Numbered from the whole stretch's first letter, positions 1 through 13,649 are shown. The stretch: 62,457 bases of DNA, filler included, from Chiloscyllium plagiosum (GCF_004010195.1; 3 parts of one record of this genome joined end to end with filler, not necessarily neighbours in it); one strand, 5' to 3'. Program-made: numbers and translations. The notes: generated by a model not told the origin, from the sequence alone.

Positions 1-285
1 TTTAGGGTGAGAGGGGAAAGATATAAAAGAGACCTAAGGGGCAACTTTTTCATGCAGAGGGTGGTACGTGTATGGAATGAGCTGCCAGAGGAAGTGGTGG
101 AGGCTGGTACAATTGCAACATTTCAGAGGCATTTGGGTGGGTCTATGAATAGGAAGGGTTTGGAGGGATATGGGCCGGGTGCTGGCAGGTGGGACTAGAT
201 TGCAGTTGGGATATCTGGTCGGCATGGACGGGTTGGTCCAAAGGATCTGTTTCCATGATGTACATCTCTATGACTCTATAACTCT
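1..285 (+). mobile_element. CR1-type LINE 3' end
   Basis: ORF2 C-terminus FFMQRVVRVWNELPEEVVEAG, followed by a 3'UTR ending in a ctctatgactcta tail. Confidence 0.9.
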
Positions 286-300
286 AAGAAGTGATGCCTT

Positions 301-600
301 TGGGGAGATAATGGTCTAGTGGTACTATCGCTAGCCTGTTGATCTAGAGACAGAGTAATGTTTTCAGGACCTGGGTTTGAATACTGCCATGGCAGATGGT
401 GGAATTTGAATTCAATAAAAATCTGGAATTAAGAGTCTAATTGCCAGGAGAAAAAAACCCATCTGGTTCACTAATGTCCTTTAAAGAAAGAAACTGTGAT
501 CCTTAACTAGTCTGGACTCCAGGTGTTGACTCTTAATTGCTCTTTGGAGTGGGCAATACATGCTAGCATTGCCAGTGACGCCCTCCTCCCATGAATGATT
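301..600 (+). mobile_element. tRNA-derived SINE with LINE-derived tail
   Basis: A/B-box-like head (tggtctagtgg ... gggtttgaatac). The tail gggcaatacatgctagcattgccagtgacgccc..cccatgaatga resembles the 3' end of the LINE at 29040-29615. Confidence 0.7.
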
Positions 601-661
601 TTTTATTTAAATTACACTAGCAGGGTAGTGAGGATCATTGACCAGAATCTACTAACTATAT

Positions 662-838
662 CCACATACAGTCACAGGCATTCATGCAGATGAGGGAGAC
701 TGCTTTAGCCTGGTTGGCAACCTCAGACCAGGCTGACTTGGTCTGGTGTTGTGGCCTCCTCTACTGGTCCTGAGGGAAGAGGATGTCACTTGTCAGCACC
801 ATTTCATCCACCAGGGCCTCCAGGATCCTGCCTGTAAT
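662..838 (-). mobile_element. Harbinger/PIF-type Myb/SANT-like gene remnant
   Basis: Minus-strand translation ITGRILEALVDEMVLTSDILFPQDQ*RRPQHQTKSAWSEVANQAKAVS..NACDC fits the Myb/SANT-like trihelix pattern. A related copy lies at 8160-8351. Confidence 0.6.
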
Positions 839-933
839 GTAGTTTACTGATTTTTTTTTTCCCCTTTCTACCATGGTCAGGTCAGGATAGAAACCATGCA
901 AGGCAGTTCTGAAATGACAGCTCTTCTCTGAGG

Positions 934-1279
934 AGTGCCAAGGTGGCTCATTGGTTAGCAATCCTGCTTCACAGTGCCAGGCAACTGGGCTTGATTCGAG
1001 TCTTGGCAACGATCTGTATGGAGTTCGCATGTTATTCCCTGTATCTGCTTTGTTTTCACTGGGGCTCCAGTTTTCTCGCATAGTCCAAAGACGTGCAGGT
1101 TAGGTGGATTGGCCATGATAAATTTACCATAGTGTCCAGGATTGAGCAGATTAGGTGGATTAGCCAGGGGAAATGCAGGGTTATAGGGCAGGGGGTGTAT
1201 CTAGTGAGCTGCTCTTTGGAGGGTCGTTGTGGACTCAATTAGCCAAATGGCCTGCTTCCAGACTGTAGGTATTTCTATA
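934..1279 (+). mobile_element. HE1/V-SINE-type shark SINE
   Basis: tRNA head ggtggctcattggttagca, V-domain-like core gtccaaagacgtgcaggttaggtggattggccatg, and a CR1-like tail. Confidence 0.85.
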
Positions 1280-3009
1280 AATAGGCAAGAGCCAAATAAG
1301 GATGGTGCAGGCACATAGGAGAAAGTTCAATTCTTGATTTTGTGGGTGTATGATTATAGTTACCTTAAACATGCAGTCGATAACTTGTAAACATTTGTGA
1401 TCATTTGTTACATTTGTTAAAAATCAGCTGTTTAGATTAGTTATTTAATTATTTAGTTAATCAGCAAAAAAAATGTATAACCCTGACAGATGAAAACACT
1501 TCAACAACTCAAAGCTGTCATGCCGATCAGATGAATGGGGTTGGTGGGTTTGAAGTGATGTTTTTGTCTGCTCTTCTCTCAAGAAGGGAGTATTCGTTTC
1601 TGACTCGTACCTCACTCTCTCTCACCTATCCCAGTTAATATTTCTTATTTTGAAGGTGGCTATCTCCACTGTCACCTGTCTAAATCCTCTTGGCCAATGA
1701 CCATGGGCAACTATTCATCAAGACAGAATGACTGCTGCTCTTTGCTCACCTCCAACTGAAGAGTAAATTTCCTTCCTTCTAAAAACAAATCCTTCTTCTT
1801 TTCAAAACATTGCCCATTAAATCTTTTGCTTGTGCTTATGGAAGGCTGCTTACTATGGTAACAGTTAAATGAAGTTTCATGCTACACAGGCAATACGAAA
1901 TATGGAGTACTAAGTGAACAAGTAAGATGGGGCCTCATTCGGATGTAAGAGATACCATAGGCTGAGTGGGTAGTTAAGGAGGCCAGTTTGGTAAGATAAC
2001 GGTAAGAAATCTTAGGAGACCTTGTTGTGAAAATCCCTCAAAATAATTCAAAGCAATTTGAATTTTGCAAGAACAAAACACAATTCAGAGCAGCACTACC
2101 CTCTAAGTTATCAGTCGAGATTATTTGCTCAAATTTCTGGAGTTATGAATTCAAATATCTTTCTTTTAAATTCCCAAGGACACATTGGAGGACATATTTG
2201 CAAACACGAACTCTATATTTCACAAGGCCTTTTCCTGTTTGCACACTAACCTCAATGACAGGTTCTGTATAGATTTAGAGATGCAGACACAGTGCTCGCC
2301 CTGTATGCAACTTGAACTTGTGCCAAGAATCCATATATTACTAAGCTATGAGCCACATTGGTATAGCAATTCAGCATGCTTCATTGAGGTACTCTGAAGG
2401 ATAAGATGAACTTGATGACTTGAGAAATAACGGAATTGAGATACCAGCCTAGTTGCAGTACATTATCAATTTTTAATGAGTCTTTGAGAGAAGCTGCCTT
2501 AATTTTGAGGGCAGTTATTGCATACAATTTGGAATCATAAAGGTTTCCTGTCACAGAAGAGCTGAAATAATTTTGGGCCATGAAAGGCTTTTAACTTGTC
2601 CCTCTGTCGCTCCTGACAGATTTCTCTGAATATCTGTGAAGTTCTTATAAACATGAAAAAAGCAGTCAAAAGCCTTCAGATGTGTTTGACATTTCAATTA
2701 TACACGACTCATAGAATAAATCCCCAGAAAGTTTTCCTTTGATGTCTTTTCAGTTTCAATTACAATGGACTTTTAAAAATCATTAATAGTTTATACCATA
2801 GCTCCATTTTTTTTCCAAATTTGGAATTTTCTGTTTTTTCCTAAATGTTCAGGACTGAATGAGAAATTCTTACTGTATCCAGCAATCAGAGTGTTAAGGA
2901 TGGTGAATATAGACACTTCTGCCTTCTCTTTTGTTGTGTTTAAAACAAAAAAAGCACCTGATTATTTTCTGTTTAAAAGAATGCATCTGTAAATGTGAAC
3001 TACTGGTAA

Positions 3010-3260
3010 ACAATAACTTGCATTTTTAGAGCATCCTTTTCACAGAAAAAATTACTCAGATCAATTCATTATCAAGTCAAATTTGAGAATGGCCGCAGAT
3101 AGAGATAGGAGTTTTGTCACACAAATAGGTTTTAAAGAGTGCCTTAAAGTGATCATAATGTAGTGAAGCAAAGAGTATTGGAGAGGAATTCCAGAGTTTA
3201 GGGCCTACGAGAGCAGCTGAAGGTATGGCTGCAGAGGTGGGTGAAGATGTTTGAGATGGG
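3010..3260 (-). mobile_element. Degenerate L2-like LINE 3' fragment
   Basis: aacttgcattt...gaggaattccagagtttagggcc...cagctgaagg. A similar fragment lies at about 36990-37290. Confidence 0.45.
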
Positions 3261-3649
3261 CAAAGATTTTGGAAAGTTACGTAAAAGCAAAGTACTCCTC
3301 TACATTGATGATACCAAATGGAGACTGCATTTACAGAATATTTGCAGAACACCTCCGTGTTATCCGTAAGAATGCCTCAACATTCCAGTCACTTACCATT
3401 TCAATAAACTATCTGGCTCCCATTCTAATGTTCCTGTCCAGGGCTTGCTACTGTATTCCAGTGAAGCCCAGCATAAGCTTCCACTTAGGCACTTCACAAC
3501 CTTCAGAATTAACTGTGTTCAATAGTTTCAAACCATGACCTCTGTCTTTGTTTTGATGAAAACCTCTTGCCCCATTTCTCGTTTGTATAGCCATAATTTT
3601 GCTGTCAGCAGAATTGCACCCTTATTTTCTGCTTTTCAGACTGCCTTCG

Positions 3650-3908
3650 AGCAGCTGTCTGTGTGGAGTTTGCATATTCTCCCCACGTCTGTGTGGGTTT
3701 TCTCCGGGTGTTCTAATTTCTTCCCCTGGGCCAAAGATGTGCTGGTTAGATGGATTGGCCGTGCTAAGTGTCCAGGCATGTGCAGGTTGTGTGTATTTGC
3801 CATGGGAATAGGGTACAGGATTGGGCTAGGTGGGATGGTCTTCGAAGGGTCAGTGTGGACTCGATGAGCTGAATGGCCTGCATCCACATGGTAGAGATTT
3901 TATGATTT
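3650..3908 (+). mobile_element. HE1/V-SINE-type SINE, 5' truncated
   Basis: ctgtctgtgtggagtttgcatattctccccacgtctgtgtgggttt...ccaaagatgtgc core. Confidence 0.85.
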
Positions 3909-4048
3909 TATACTTCGACCATTAACACTCTATTTCCATGAGGAATCACTTTGTGTTTTGCTCTGGACAATCTTGCCAGCTGTTCCATTTGCCACTTCTT
4001 TGTCAACATCATAAAACCATAATTTTCTAACCCCTATATTTCTAGGAT

Positions 4049-5935
4049 AAAGTTAAAAATAATACCAGGTTATAGTCCAACAGGTTTATTTGGAAACACT
4101 AGCTTTCAGACCGCTGCTCCTTCATCAGGTAGCTATGGAGCTGGATCATAAGACACAGAATTTGTAGCAAAAGATTACAGTGTCATGCAACTGAAACAAT
4201 ATGTTGAACAAAGCTAGATTGCTGTTAAGTCTTTCACCGTTTGGAATGGGTTGCAGGTTTCAGTTCAATGATATGTAAATTCTAGAATTTCTTTGAAGTC
4301 ACATTCTCAAGATAACTTAAGGTTTAAAAAAAAAGACATCTCAGCTCAGACAATACATTAAAGATGTGAGGTTAAAGTCTGTCTGTATCCCAGTCTTGAG
4401 TCAGACTGGTTCTATTTCCAAAGTAAAAATTTATAAACTATTACATGGATTGACTACCTGCAGATTGTGCGCTTTTGAGCAAGATGGCATGTATCTGCAA
4501 ATATAATGCTGCAAATGTAAATTCACCCCATGGACACGTGTGTGTGTGTGCGTGTGTGTGTAAGTGTGTGTGTGTAAGTGTGTGGGTGTGACTGCACATG
4601 AGAGAGTATTTTTCGTATGCGTGCATGCTTGATAAAGTGAGTTTGATGGAATATAAGCCTGTGAGAGTATGTGTACGTGGGTGTGAGTGTGGGAGGTATA
4701 TGAATGTGTGCATGAGAGAGCGTGTGTATGAGAGAGGGTCTGCATGAGTGTGTGAGTATGTTAGAGTGTTTGTGTGTGTGTATAGTGCAGAGGGGTCACC
4801 TGTAGTTTGACATGAACCCATCGTCCCAGTTGATGCCGCCCTCATGGGTTCCAGACTTGACTATTAGCCTCTGCTCAGCCATTCTGTATTGTTGCTTATC
4901 CCAAAGTCCATCTTGGAGGATAGTCACCCAAACATCCAAGTCCGAATGTCCCTGACCATTGAGGCTTTCCCCAACTAGGAGGGAACACCCCTATCTGGCG
5001 ATTGTTGCACGGTGTCCATTCATCTGTTTTCATAGCATTTGCTTGGTCTCTCAGATGTACCAAACTTCAGGACTTCCTTGCCTGCAACATATGAGATAGA
5101 CAATGTTGGCCAAGTCACATAGGTACCTGCGGCACACATGGTGGGTGGTGTCCCCAAACGTAATGGTGGTATCAATGTCGACACTTTGACACCTCTTGCA
5201 GCATTCGCCATGACAGGGTTATATGGAGTTGTGGTTGATGCTGTCCTAAAGGCTGGGCAGTTTGCTACGAACAATTGTTTGTTTACAGTTTGGTGTTTAT
5301 TTAAAGGCATGAAGTGGAGATGTGGTGAAAGTCTTGGCGAGGTCCTCATCCTCATTGATAATGTGTTGCAAGCTGCAAAGGACATAGTGTAGTTTATCCA
5401 CTTCCGATAAGTATTGGACAATGAAACCAGCATCCTGTGTCTGTCTCCTGAGGAGGTCATTACAGTTTTTTGCTATGGAACATCAGAACTGACAATCGTT
5501 GAGCACCGTACCCTTTTGTTTTGAGGGCAACCTTGAGCACCTTCAGGTGTCCGTCACATTCCTCCTCATCTGAACAGATCCTGTGTATGTGTAGGGCTTA
5601 TGCATAGGGAATGGCTGTTTTAAAATGTTCGGGTGGAAGCTAGAGAAGTGCAGCATCATGTGGTTATATATGGGCTAGAGGTAGAGTGAAGTACTGAGGT
5701 GTCTGTCCCTGATGTGGAACCATGTATCCAAGAATGAGACAAATTTAAAAAGTAGTCCATAGTAAGTCTGATGGTGGAATGAAACCTATTGATATCACTG
5801 TGTAGTTGTTTCAGTGTCTCCTCGCCATGGGTCCAGAGGAAGAAAATGTCAATATATCTGGAGTTTCATGCTGGCTGGAGTTCCTGTTCTGCACAGAAGT
5901 CTTATTTGAACTTGTGCATGAAAATGTTGGTGATA
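4049..5935 (-). mobile_element. Penelope-like element, left arm of a fold-back (RT C-terminus, GIY-YIG, CA-rich region, terminus)
   Basis: Minus strand near 5860 reads RYID.IFFLWTHGEE (PLE RT motif), then SFLD, LHFSSFHP and degenerate GIY-YIG sequence. TG-rich tract at about 4535-4785 and a hammerhead-like terminus at about 4100-4130. Confidence 0.85.
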
Positions 5936-5989
5936 GTGTTGGTTATACAGTGATATCAGCAAGTTTCATAAATCTCACTCAGTCGCAAA

Positions 5990-7720
5990 ACTGCATTTCT
6001 CTAGCTTCCATCCTCAACATATTAAGACAGCCATCCCCTACAGTCAGGCCCTCTGATACACAGGATCTGTTCAGATGAGGAGGAATGTGATGGACACCTA
6101 AGGTGCTCAAGGATGCCTTCATAAGAATAGGGTAGATGCTCAACTTATCAATCACCAGTTCCAACGTGCCACAGCAAGAAACCATAATGACCTCCTCAGG
6201 AGGCAGACACAAGATGCAACCAATAGGGTACCCTTCGTTGTCCTGTACTTCAGGAAGCAGAGCAACTACGCCATGTTCTTCACAGCCTGCACCATATATT
6301 CTTGATGAGGATGAGCTCCGTGCTAAAACCTTCCCCATGGTACAATTCTCACCTTTAAACAATTGCCAAGCCTTAAACAGGCCATTGTTTGCAGCACACT
6401 GCAAAGCTTTCAGGACAACATGGACCACAACGCTGTACAGTCCTGTCATGGCAACTGCTGCAAGACATGTCAGAGTGCCGACATGGATACCACCCTGACA
6501 CATGGGGACACCACCCATTATGTACTCCGCAGGTACTCAGGTGACTCGGCCAACATTGTCTATCTTATACGCTGCAGACAAGAATGCCCCAAGGCATGGT
6601 ACATTGGCGAGACCAAGCAGACACTATGACAATGGATGAATGGACACCATGCAACAATTGCCAGACAGGGGTGTTCCCTCCCAGTTGGGGAACCCTTCAG
6701 CAGTCCGGGACATTCGGTGTCTGATTGTCGGATGACCATCCTCTCGGTAGACTTCAGGATACTCAACAATGCAGATTGGTCGAGCAGAGGCTGATAGCCA
6801 AGTTTGGAACCAACAGGGATGGCCTCAACTGGGACCTTGGGATCATGTCACATTACTGGTGACCTCACTATATGATACACTCTTTCTCACACACATACAC
6901 ACACAAGTACACATACACACACATTCTTGCAGACCCACTCATGCAGACCCTCTCTCATACACATGCTCTCTCTCATACACACACATATACACTCCCCACA
7001 CTCACACCCACACACAGACCCTCTCACAGGCTTATACTCCAATATGTTCACACAAACACTTTACCAAGCATGTTCACACGCAAACACACACTCTCACGTG
7101 TATTCACACTCACATGCACACACTCACATGTACACACTCTCTCTCTCTCATGCATACACACACGCGTAAGTCTACAAGGTGAATTTGCATTTGCAGAATT
7201 ATATTTGCAGAGACATTCCATTTTGCTCAAAAAGCACACAATCTGCAGGCGGTCAATGCTGGCAGTCAATCCATGTAATATTTTATAAATTCCTACTGTG
7301 ATGAAATAGAACCAGTCTGACTCAAGATTGGGAAACAGACGGATTCTAACCTCACACCTTTAATGCTTTGTCTGAGCTGAGATGTCACCTCTTTTTATAA
7401 AATCTTAAGTTACCTCAAGAATGTGACTTCAAAGAAGCTCTTGGATTTTCATATCAATGAACAGAAATCTGCAACCCATTCTAAAAGATGAAAGACTTAA
7501 CAGCAATCTAGGTTTGTTCAATATATCATTTCAGATGCATAACACTATAATCTTTTGCTACAAATTCTGTGTCTTATGGGGTCCTGCTCCACAGCTACCT
7601 GATGAAGGAGCAGTACTCTGAAAGCTATTGCTTCCAAATAAACCTACTGAATTATAACATTGTGTTCTGTGATTTTTATCTTTGTCCACCCCAGTCCAAC
7701 ACCGGCTCCTGCACATCATG
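5990..7720 (+). mobile_element. Penelope-like element, right arm of a fold-back
   Basis: Reads LHFSSFHPQHIKTAIP, then GIY-YIG NIVYLIRCRQECPKAWYIGETKQTL (ORF 6363-6629). CA-rich tract at about 6885-7165. Terminus ...ccccagtccaacaccggctcctgcacatcatg. Confidence 0.88.
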
Positions 7721-8159
7721 CATATAATTCTAAGCAGTCATCTCAGACTCAAAGCATTAACTCTGTGCCTGTCTCCACAGATGCTGCCTACCAGCTGAGT
7801 TTCTCTGTGTTTATTTCAGATCTTGTTGGGCTCAAGTAGGTTTCACAGACAAGGAGGGCTGTTCTATTGTCAGCTGCCATTCTCCTGAAATGAGAGAGAG
7901 ACATGTTTATGGGAGACGAAAGTAGCTGGTATTGCTGGTACTGATGGTGCCAAATGTGTAGGTTTTGAGATCGAGTGAACAGGCAGCACAAAAGGCATGC
8001 AGGTTAGAGGTGAGGAGGTTGGGGTGGGTAAGGGCAAGTGGAGGAGATGTTTTGGGCAGCAATGGTAGAGCATTGACCTCAGTGGGTATAGTAACAGAGA
8101 CTGAATGAATGTGAGACATCACAGAGAAGATAGTGGCAGTTAGTCTGTATTGAAGAACA

Positions 8160-8351
8160 TATTGACCTTCTTCCTATATTGCTGGTCATTCCTCCAGTTA
8201 GCTGAGACTGTGATGACTTAGGAGGCAACCTCAGATCAGACTGGCATAGTCTAGTGTCATGATCTCCACTATTGGTCCTGGGGGGACAGGATGTCTTGAC
8301 AGTGCCCCACACCATGCATGGAGACCCCCAGGATGCTGCCCATAAAACACG
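8160..8351 (-). mobile_element. Harbinger/PIF-type Myb/SANT-like gene remnant, second copy
   Basis: Aligns by eye with 716-832. Minus-strand translation ...QDILSPQDQ*..SEVAS*VITVSANWRNDQQYRKKVN, with multiple stops. Confidence 0.6.
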
Positions 8352-10934
8352 GTATCAGATTTCCACTGTCTATTATGTCCAAGGCAAATACCATGAACTG
8401 TGCAGAACTTTGGACCAACAGTTATTGTCTCAGTTTATAAGTATGCTTTTAATATGGTACTGGAGCCCATATTGCTCATCAGCTCTGGCATATCCCAGCA
8501 GTGGCATTTGTTCTGGCAATGGCATGTGATAAGATTGTGCTAGAATTTAAGGTGAGGTATGTGAAGTGAGATTGAGAAGGCAGTTTGGAAATGTGCTCAG
8601 TCTCACAACAAAAAATCCTTTAAAAACTCAATGCAGTTGGCACTTACTCAAAAGAAAAGGATTCAGCCCAGGGTTGTCAGTTTATACTTAACCTGTATAG
8701 AGCTTGTAAGTGATATACTCAGATATATATGGTCACGATATATATTGAGATACTACAAAGAAGAGAATGTTTGTACAAAATTACATTCATCATGTGTAAA
8801 AATATTCTTAATGTTTGTAAAGCTGAATTTCTCAGCAATACAAACTTGACTACTGTAGAAATTTTGCACTCTTTGATAATGTGGGTTTACATTCAGTGCA
8901 GGTACAAAATCTCACTGAGTTGTAAAATGCTATTATCAAAACTAAAGGATCGTGCAAATAAATAAATAGGTAAGAGGAAGTGAAGTGCCATTTGTTCAAA
9001 CCCAGAAACTGATGAAAGGTTAAGTCAGTCAACTGGGAAAAGTGCTTCAGGAGGATTGAAATGTGCTTCTGACATCATTGTGATTGATTGGTTAGCTTTG
9101 TTGTGGCTTAGCTATCGATCTGTTGTTCAAAACTAAGGATCATGAATATTAGAAGTGTTCAAAGCACCACCTCCCTTTCATTTAGTAAAGAGACAGACCT
9201 GTCTGGAATTGAACGATCTAGGCTCATCAACTAACCTGTCACACCAAGGAGGTAGAAAGGACAGTGTGATCAGCCTCGGTTCTTTCAGTATAACAGCCGG
9301 CATTCTGGTTCCTGGTCCCTGTGTAGTGATTTCAGATAAAGAATGATTGGGTGATCTTTAATGCTGCTTAAACAGGTAGCCAAAGATTATGGCGGTGGAG
9401 GGGCACTAATAAACCATAACCTAGCATGATGCTGTTCAAGAGAACACCACGTAAAGAATAGATTTTTCTTATACAACTGTTCAAAGCAGAGAAACCTATA
9501 ACAAACTTTACTGTTAAATATAAAGAATGAAAATGTTCTGGATTGCGACTGATTGTGATTTAATCAATACTTTAATCATATTTAGTTCTTCCACATTGAA
9601 ACATGCTTGTAGTGCAGTGGTAGTGTTCCTAGCCCTGGACCAAGAGGACCAGATGCAGGACCTATTTGCTCCAAAGTGTGTAATAATATCTCTGAACAGG
9701 TTGAATAGAAAAACAAGTATAACTCTATCCCACCCCAAAATGTTTTGTGAATGAACCTGAGGACAGCGGCTGCAGTTGGGCTAGATAACTTACTGTTCAG
9801 GATTCAATTATATGTTCATGGCTGTGTGAATTATCAGTAATCCTGCATTGTTTATTGCTTTTAAATTAATCTTTCTGACAAAATATTGTTTCTGAATTCA
9901 AGTAAAACAAAATTCAATTCAAGAAAGCTATATTCAAAAACACTTGAACCTGTCCCCCACAAAAAGATTAAAGCAGTTATCCGATATTGAACTTAGTATA
10001 AATTTCTCATTTGGTTCTTCAGACAGTTATTTGGTGGGCTGTTAGTGTACAATCCATACTCTAATTCAATGGGCAATAATTTATTATTTTAGAAAGAAGG
10101 ATGTATATTAGATCACACCTTTCATAACTACCTGAACACCCAAAATATTATCACAAATGTATGAGATACACAGTCCTTTGTGTAAAGCAGACATCACCAT
10201 ACAGCATGTCCACATAACAGATTCATGTTCAGTCATAATGTATTCCCCACCTCAGTCATGTTGTTATCCTTTCCGGCTGCAACACCATACATTGGCTACC
10301 TAATGAGTTATGCAGCCATAAAATACCTTCAATACCAACTTGAGTCTCTATATGCAATTAGTCTGGGAAAAAAAACATCCTTAAGTAATAAGGCATATTG
10401 AAACAAAGGATGCCAACTTGAAGAAGGAATGTTTAGACACACAGAAATAAGAGTAGAACATTCAGCCTATCAACAACTGAAATGCAGGACATAGGACAGG
10501 GTTCCATTGAGGACAGAGTTTTGGATGGATTGATGATGAGCGATTGGCCCTCCTTGTGTTTTCTCATTGGCTGTGAGTTATGCTTGATTTTGTTGAGACT
10601 ATAGTGTTTTTGATTTGGTTATGTCAGTGCAACAATCTTGGGATCCTCTCCCAGGAGTAAAAGTAAATAATAAAGCTCCAAAATGAAGTCTTTAGAGTGT
10701 CCCCTGACCACCAGGAGGGCAGCTTCTGGGCTCAAAATCTTTAAGAAAGATTTGCTTTGGTAAGCAAGCATCCAGCCTACATGACAAGCTCAAGTCAGTT
10801 GTGACACCTCAATATGGTCTGAATGTTTGGCGTGCCAGCTTGGGTGAGCATGCAGCATCTGCCATTTTGTCCTACCATATGACCTTTGGAAGCTCCCAAG
10901 CATATGTCAATGGAAATGGAAAAAGATGGAAATA

Positions 10935-11215
10935 TCTTTTTCCTGGGTACAACAGAGTGTTACAAGGAGACATAAATTTAATGTGAAGGGTGGAAGGTAT
11001 AGGGGGGATGTCAGGGGTAGGTTCTTTACCCAGAGAGTGGTGGGGGCATGGAATGCGCTGCCTGTGGGAGTGGCAGAGTCAGAATCATTGGTGACCTTTA
11101 AGTGGCAATTGGATAGGTACATGGATGGGTGCTTAAGCTAGGACAAATGTTCAGCACAACATTGTGGGCCGAAGGGCCTGTTCGTGCTGTATTGTTCTAT
11201 GTTCTATGTTCTGTG
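10935..11215 (+). mobile_element. CR1-type LINE 3' end
   Basis: RFFTQRVVGAWNALP and a (ttctatg)n tail. Same subfamily as 38346-40050 and 46087-46362. Confidence 0.9.
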
Positions 11216-11972
11216 TTCATCACTCAGATTGTGGAGATTGTTGTATCACTCAGATCTTCATTCAGGTCCTGTAAAGGACATTTTGATAATGGTTAACTCG
11301 TGTTATGTATAATAGTCAGTAGTTCCTGGTTTCAGATTGGAGAATGCTTGAAATAGCGATTATTGTGATTCTAAATATGTACAGATAATTCCAGAACTGA
11401 AGCATGTTGGATACTGTACTTCGAATTGTGTCTTTCTAACAAATAGAATGGATACAAAATAGATTTGTTTGGTTAAAGTGGCCTACAGGGAGGTTATGAC
11501 TGTCAAAACTTGCCTTATATGAATAGTCACATTACATATAACTGATAGGTAGTCTTCAGACTATTGAACTTGTAACAAAAAGGGGATATGCATGGCACCA
11601 GGAGACATTGACAAATCTGTGCAGCCTGTTACAAAAAACAGCTAATTTGACAAATTGCAATGTGTAGAATAGCATGCACGCTGTAACATAGAGAGGTGAG
11701 AAATAGTATATACCTATGGTCTCTGAGTTGTACTAAGTAGGATGCCAATTACTTTTCTATGGGTGGGAAAATTGAAAGACACATTCATTCAGGCTACTCA
11801 GGGAAAAACTGCATTGTTTAAGACAAGAAGTCAGTTTGAATGTTCCACCCCCTCTAAGCCATGGATGTCAAATGATAGCATGGTCAGGAAGGGTGTAGTG
11901 GGAAATAATGAAAGAAATTACCTGAAATAAATCACAAATTAAACGTTAAGTTAAGTGGATTTGCTAATTGGT

Positions 11973-13637
11973 TACCGATGTTCAGCTGCAAGTGGGACCT
12001 GCTATAAGTGGTGCCATTTATAGGGACAACCGCCCGATTGACAAGGATGATCATTTTGATGTGTCTCTGCTATTGCTAAGTGTCTGAAATTAGTCTGGGG
12101 TATTTTTGGAGTTGTATGGTGAAAAGACCACATTTGTTTAATTTCTTAGAGCTTTCTTCTAGTGACGAGTAGATACACAAACTTAAGAAGAATAAAATGG
12201 CTGTCTTTATGGGATGTAATGTGTTATAACTCACAGTCAGTATGTCAGTATACCTCAATCTGACATGGTCATAAAATTATCACTGTATCATGTTACCTAA
12301 GGCTACAAAGATTACATACTCCATGTTATCATGGGGATCACTTGATGCATGACACCCTGCTGTAGGAATGTTGCTGTTTTTAACCTATCAGCTTAATGTT
12401 AGCCCACTGATGTACCTGAGGACTGCAGTGTTTGTGTATTACTGTTAGTTGTAATAAATGTTTGTTAGATTGTTCAATACCACAATATCCATGTCCAGGG
12501 CAATAAGGTATGTATTGCTGCACCCTGCCAGAGGCAATAAATCACACCTGAATGTTTGAGTTATTTTCTATAAATGTACGCTTTTTTTTCCTGCCTTCTC
12601 TTGACTAATATTGCGTTTGATGATAGCAGCCCTCCAGTACCTGAGCTCACATCACTGAGACCAAAAGAGATTTGTTCCTTGTTCTATTATTCCATGTCTG
12701 AGATAATACCAGTAGGCCATCATTTCCCATTACAAATGATTGTTATTGATCCATACCTCACATCAATTGGTAAAATTTAAGTGCAGAGAAATAGGAGCAT
12801 GGAAGTGACTCCTAGAATCAGCTGCATGTTTCACTCTGCTTGATGTCCTTTTCTTTGTCAATGGAAGGGTTGCTGTGTCATTTAGATTGGCACTTATCCA
12901 GAAAGAAGGAGTAAGGAAGATACTAACATGGATCGTTGTTAACCCAGGTGTTCAGTAAACAATCCAATGAAATTACGTGAATGTTTTGTACAGAAGCCAA
13001 TTGATATTCCTTTCCCAGTGGAACAACAATTGTTACCATGCTGCTGAGAACTGTGGTTTGTGCGGGTTGGTCATGATTTATGCAATCAAAAATGAAACTT
13101 TTCTTGTACATCAGCAAAGAAGTTTACAATCAGCATTTCATGACAATTATTCCCATCCATTTTAACAAGACAGCAAGGTTGATGAGGAGTGTGGATCTCT
13201 GGTCGTTTTGACAATAGCCTACAAAAGTCTATCACTTTCCTGAAGGCATCCACTGTCCCTCCAGGCACTTCCAACATATGCCATGTGTTGCATCATCTTG
13301 AGAAGAGTGTTGTGAGGTTGTCTCCTACAAGTGTCAGAAGTAACTAATTTGGTGACCTCATAATGTCAGGTAATCTCACTAGAACAGCAATTGTGATACC
13401 CATTTTCCAAATTGGGGCCAAGCCAGAACTTTCAATGAGATTGTACTTTATCAGATACCAAACATTCAGCTACAATTGGGGCCTGGTATGAATGGTGTAA
13501 TTTATAGTGACAACTGCCCAATTGACAAGGATGATCATTTTGATGTGCTTCTTCTATTGCTAAGTGTCTGAAATTACTCTGGGATATTTTTGGAGTGTTA
13601 TGGTGAAAAGTTCACATTTGTTTCATTTCTTAGGGCT
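11973..13637. repeat. Direct repeat pair of ~181 bp (11973-12153 and 13456-13637)
   Basis: Both copies share attgacaaggatgatcattttgatgtg...ctattgctaagtgtctgaaatta.tctggg.tatttttggagt. Confidence 0.9.
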
Positions 13638-13649
13638 ATAAACTGAAAT

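Noticed and set aside
4431..7288. His/Thr-rich ORFs (also 48250-48587)
   Set aside because: They are translations of CA/TG-rich microsatellite tracts inside Penelope elements.
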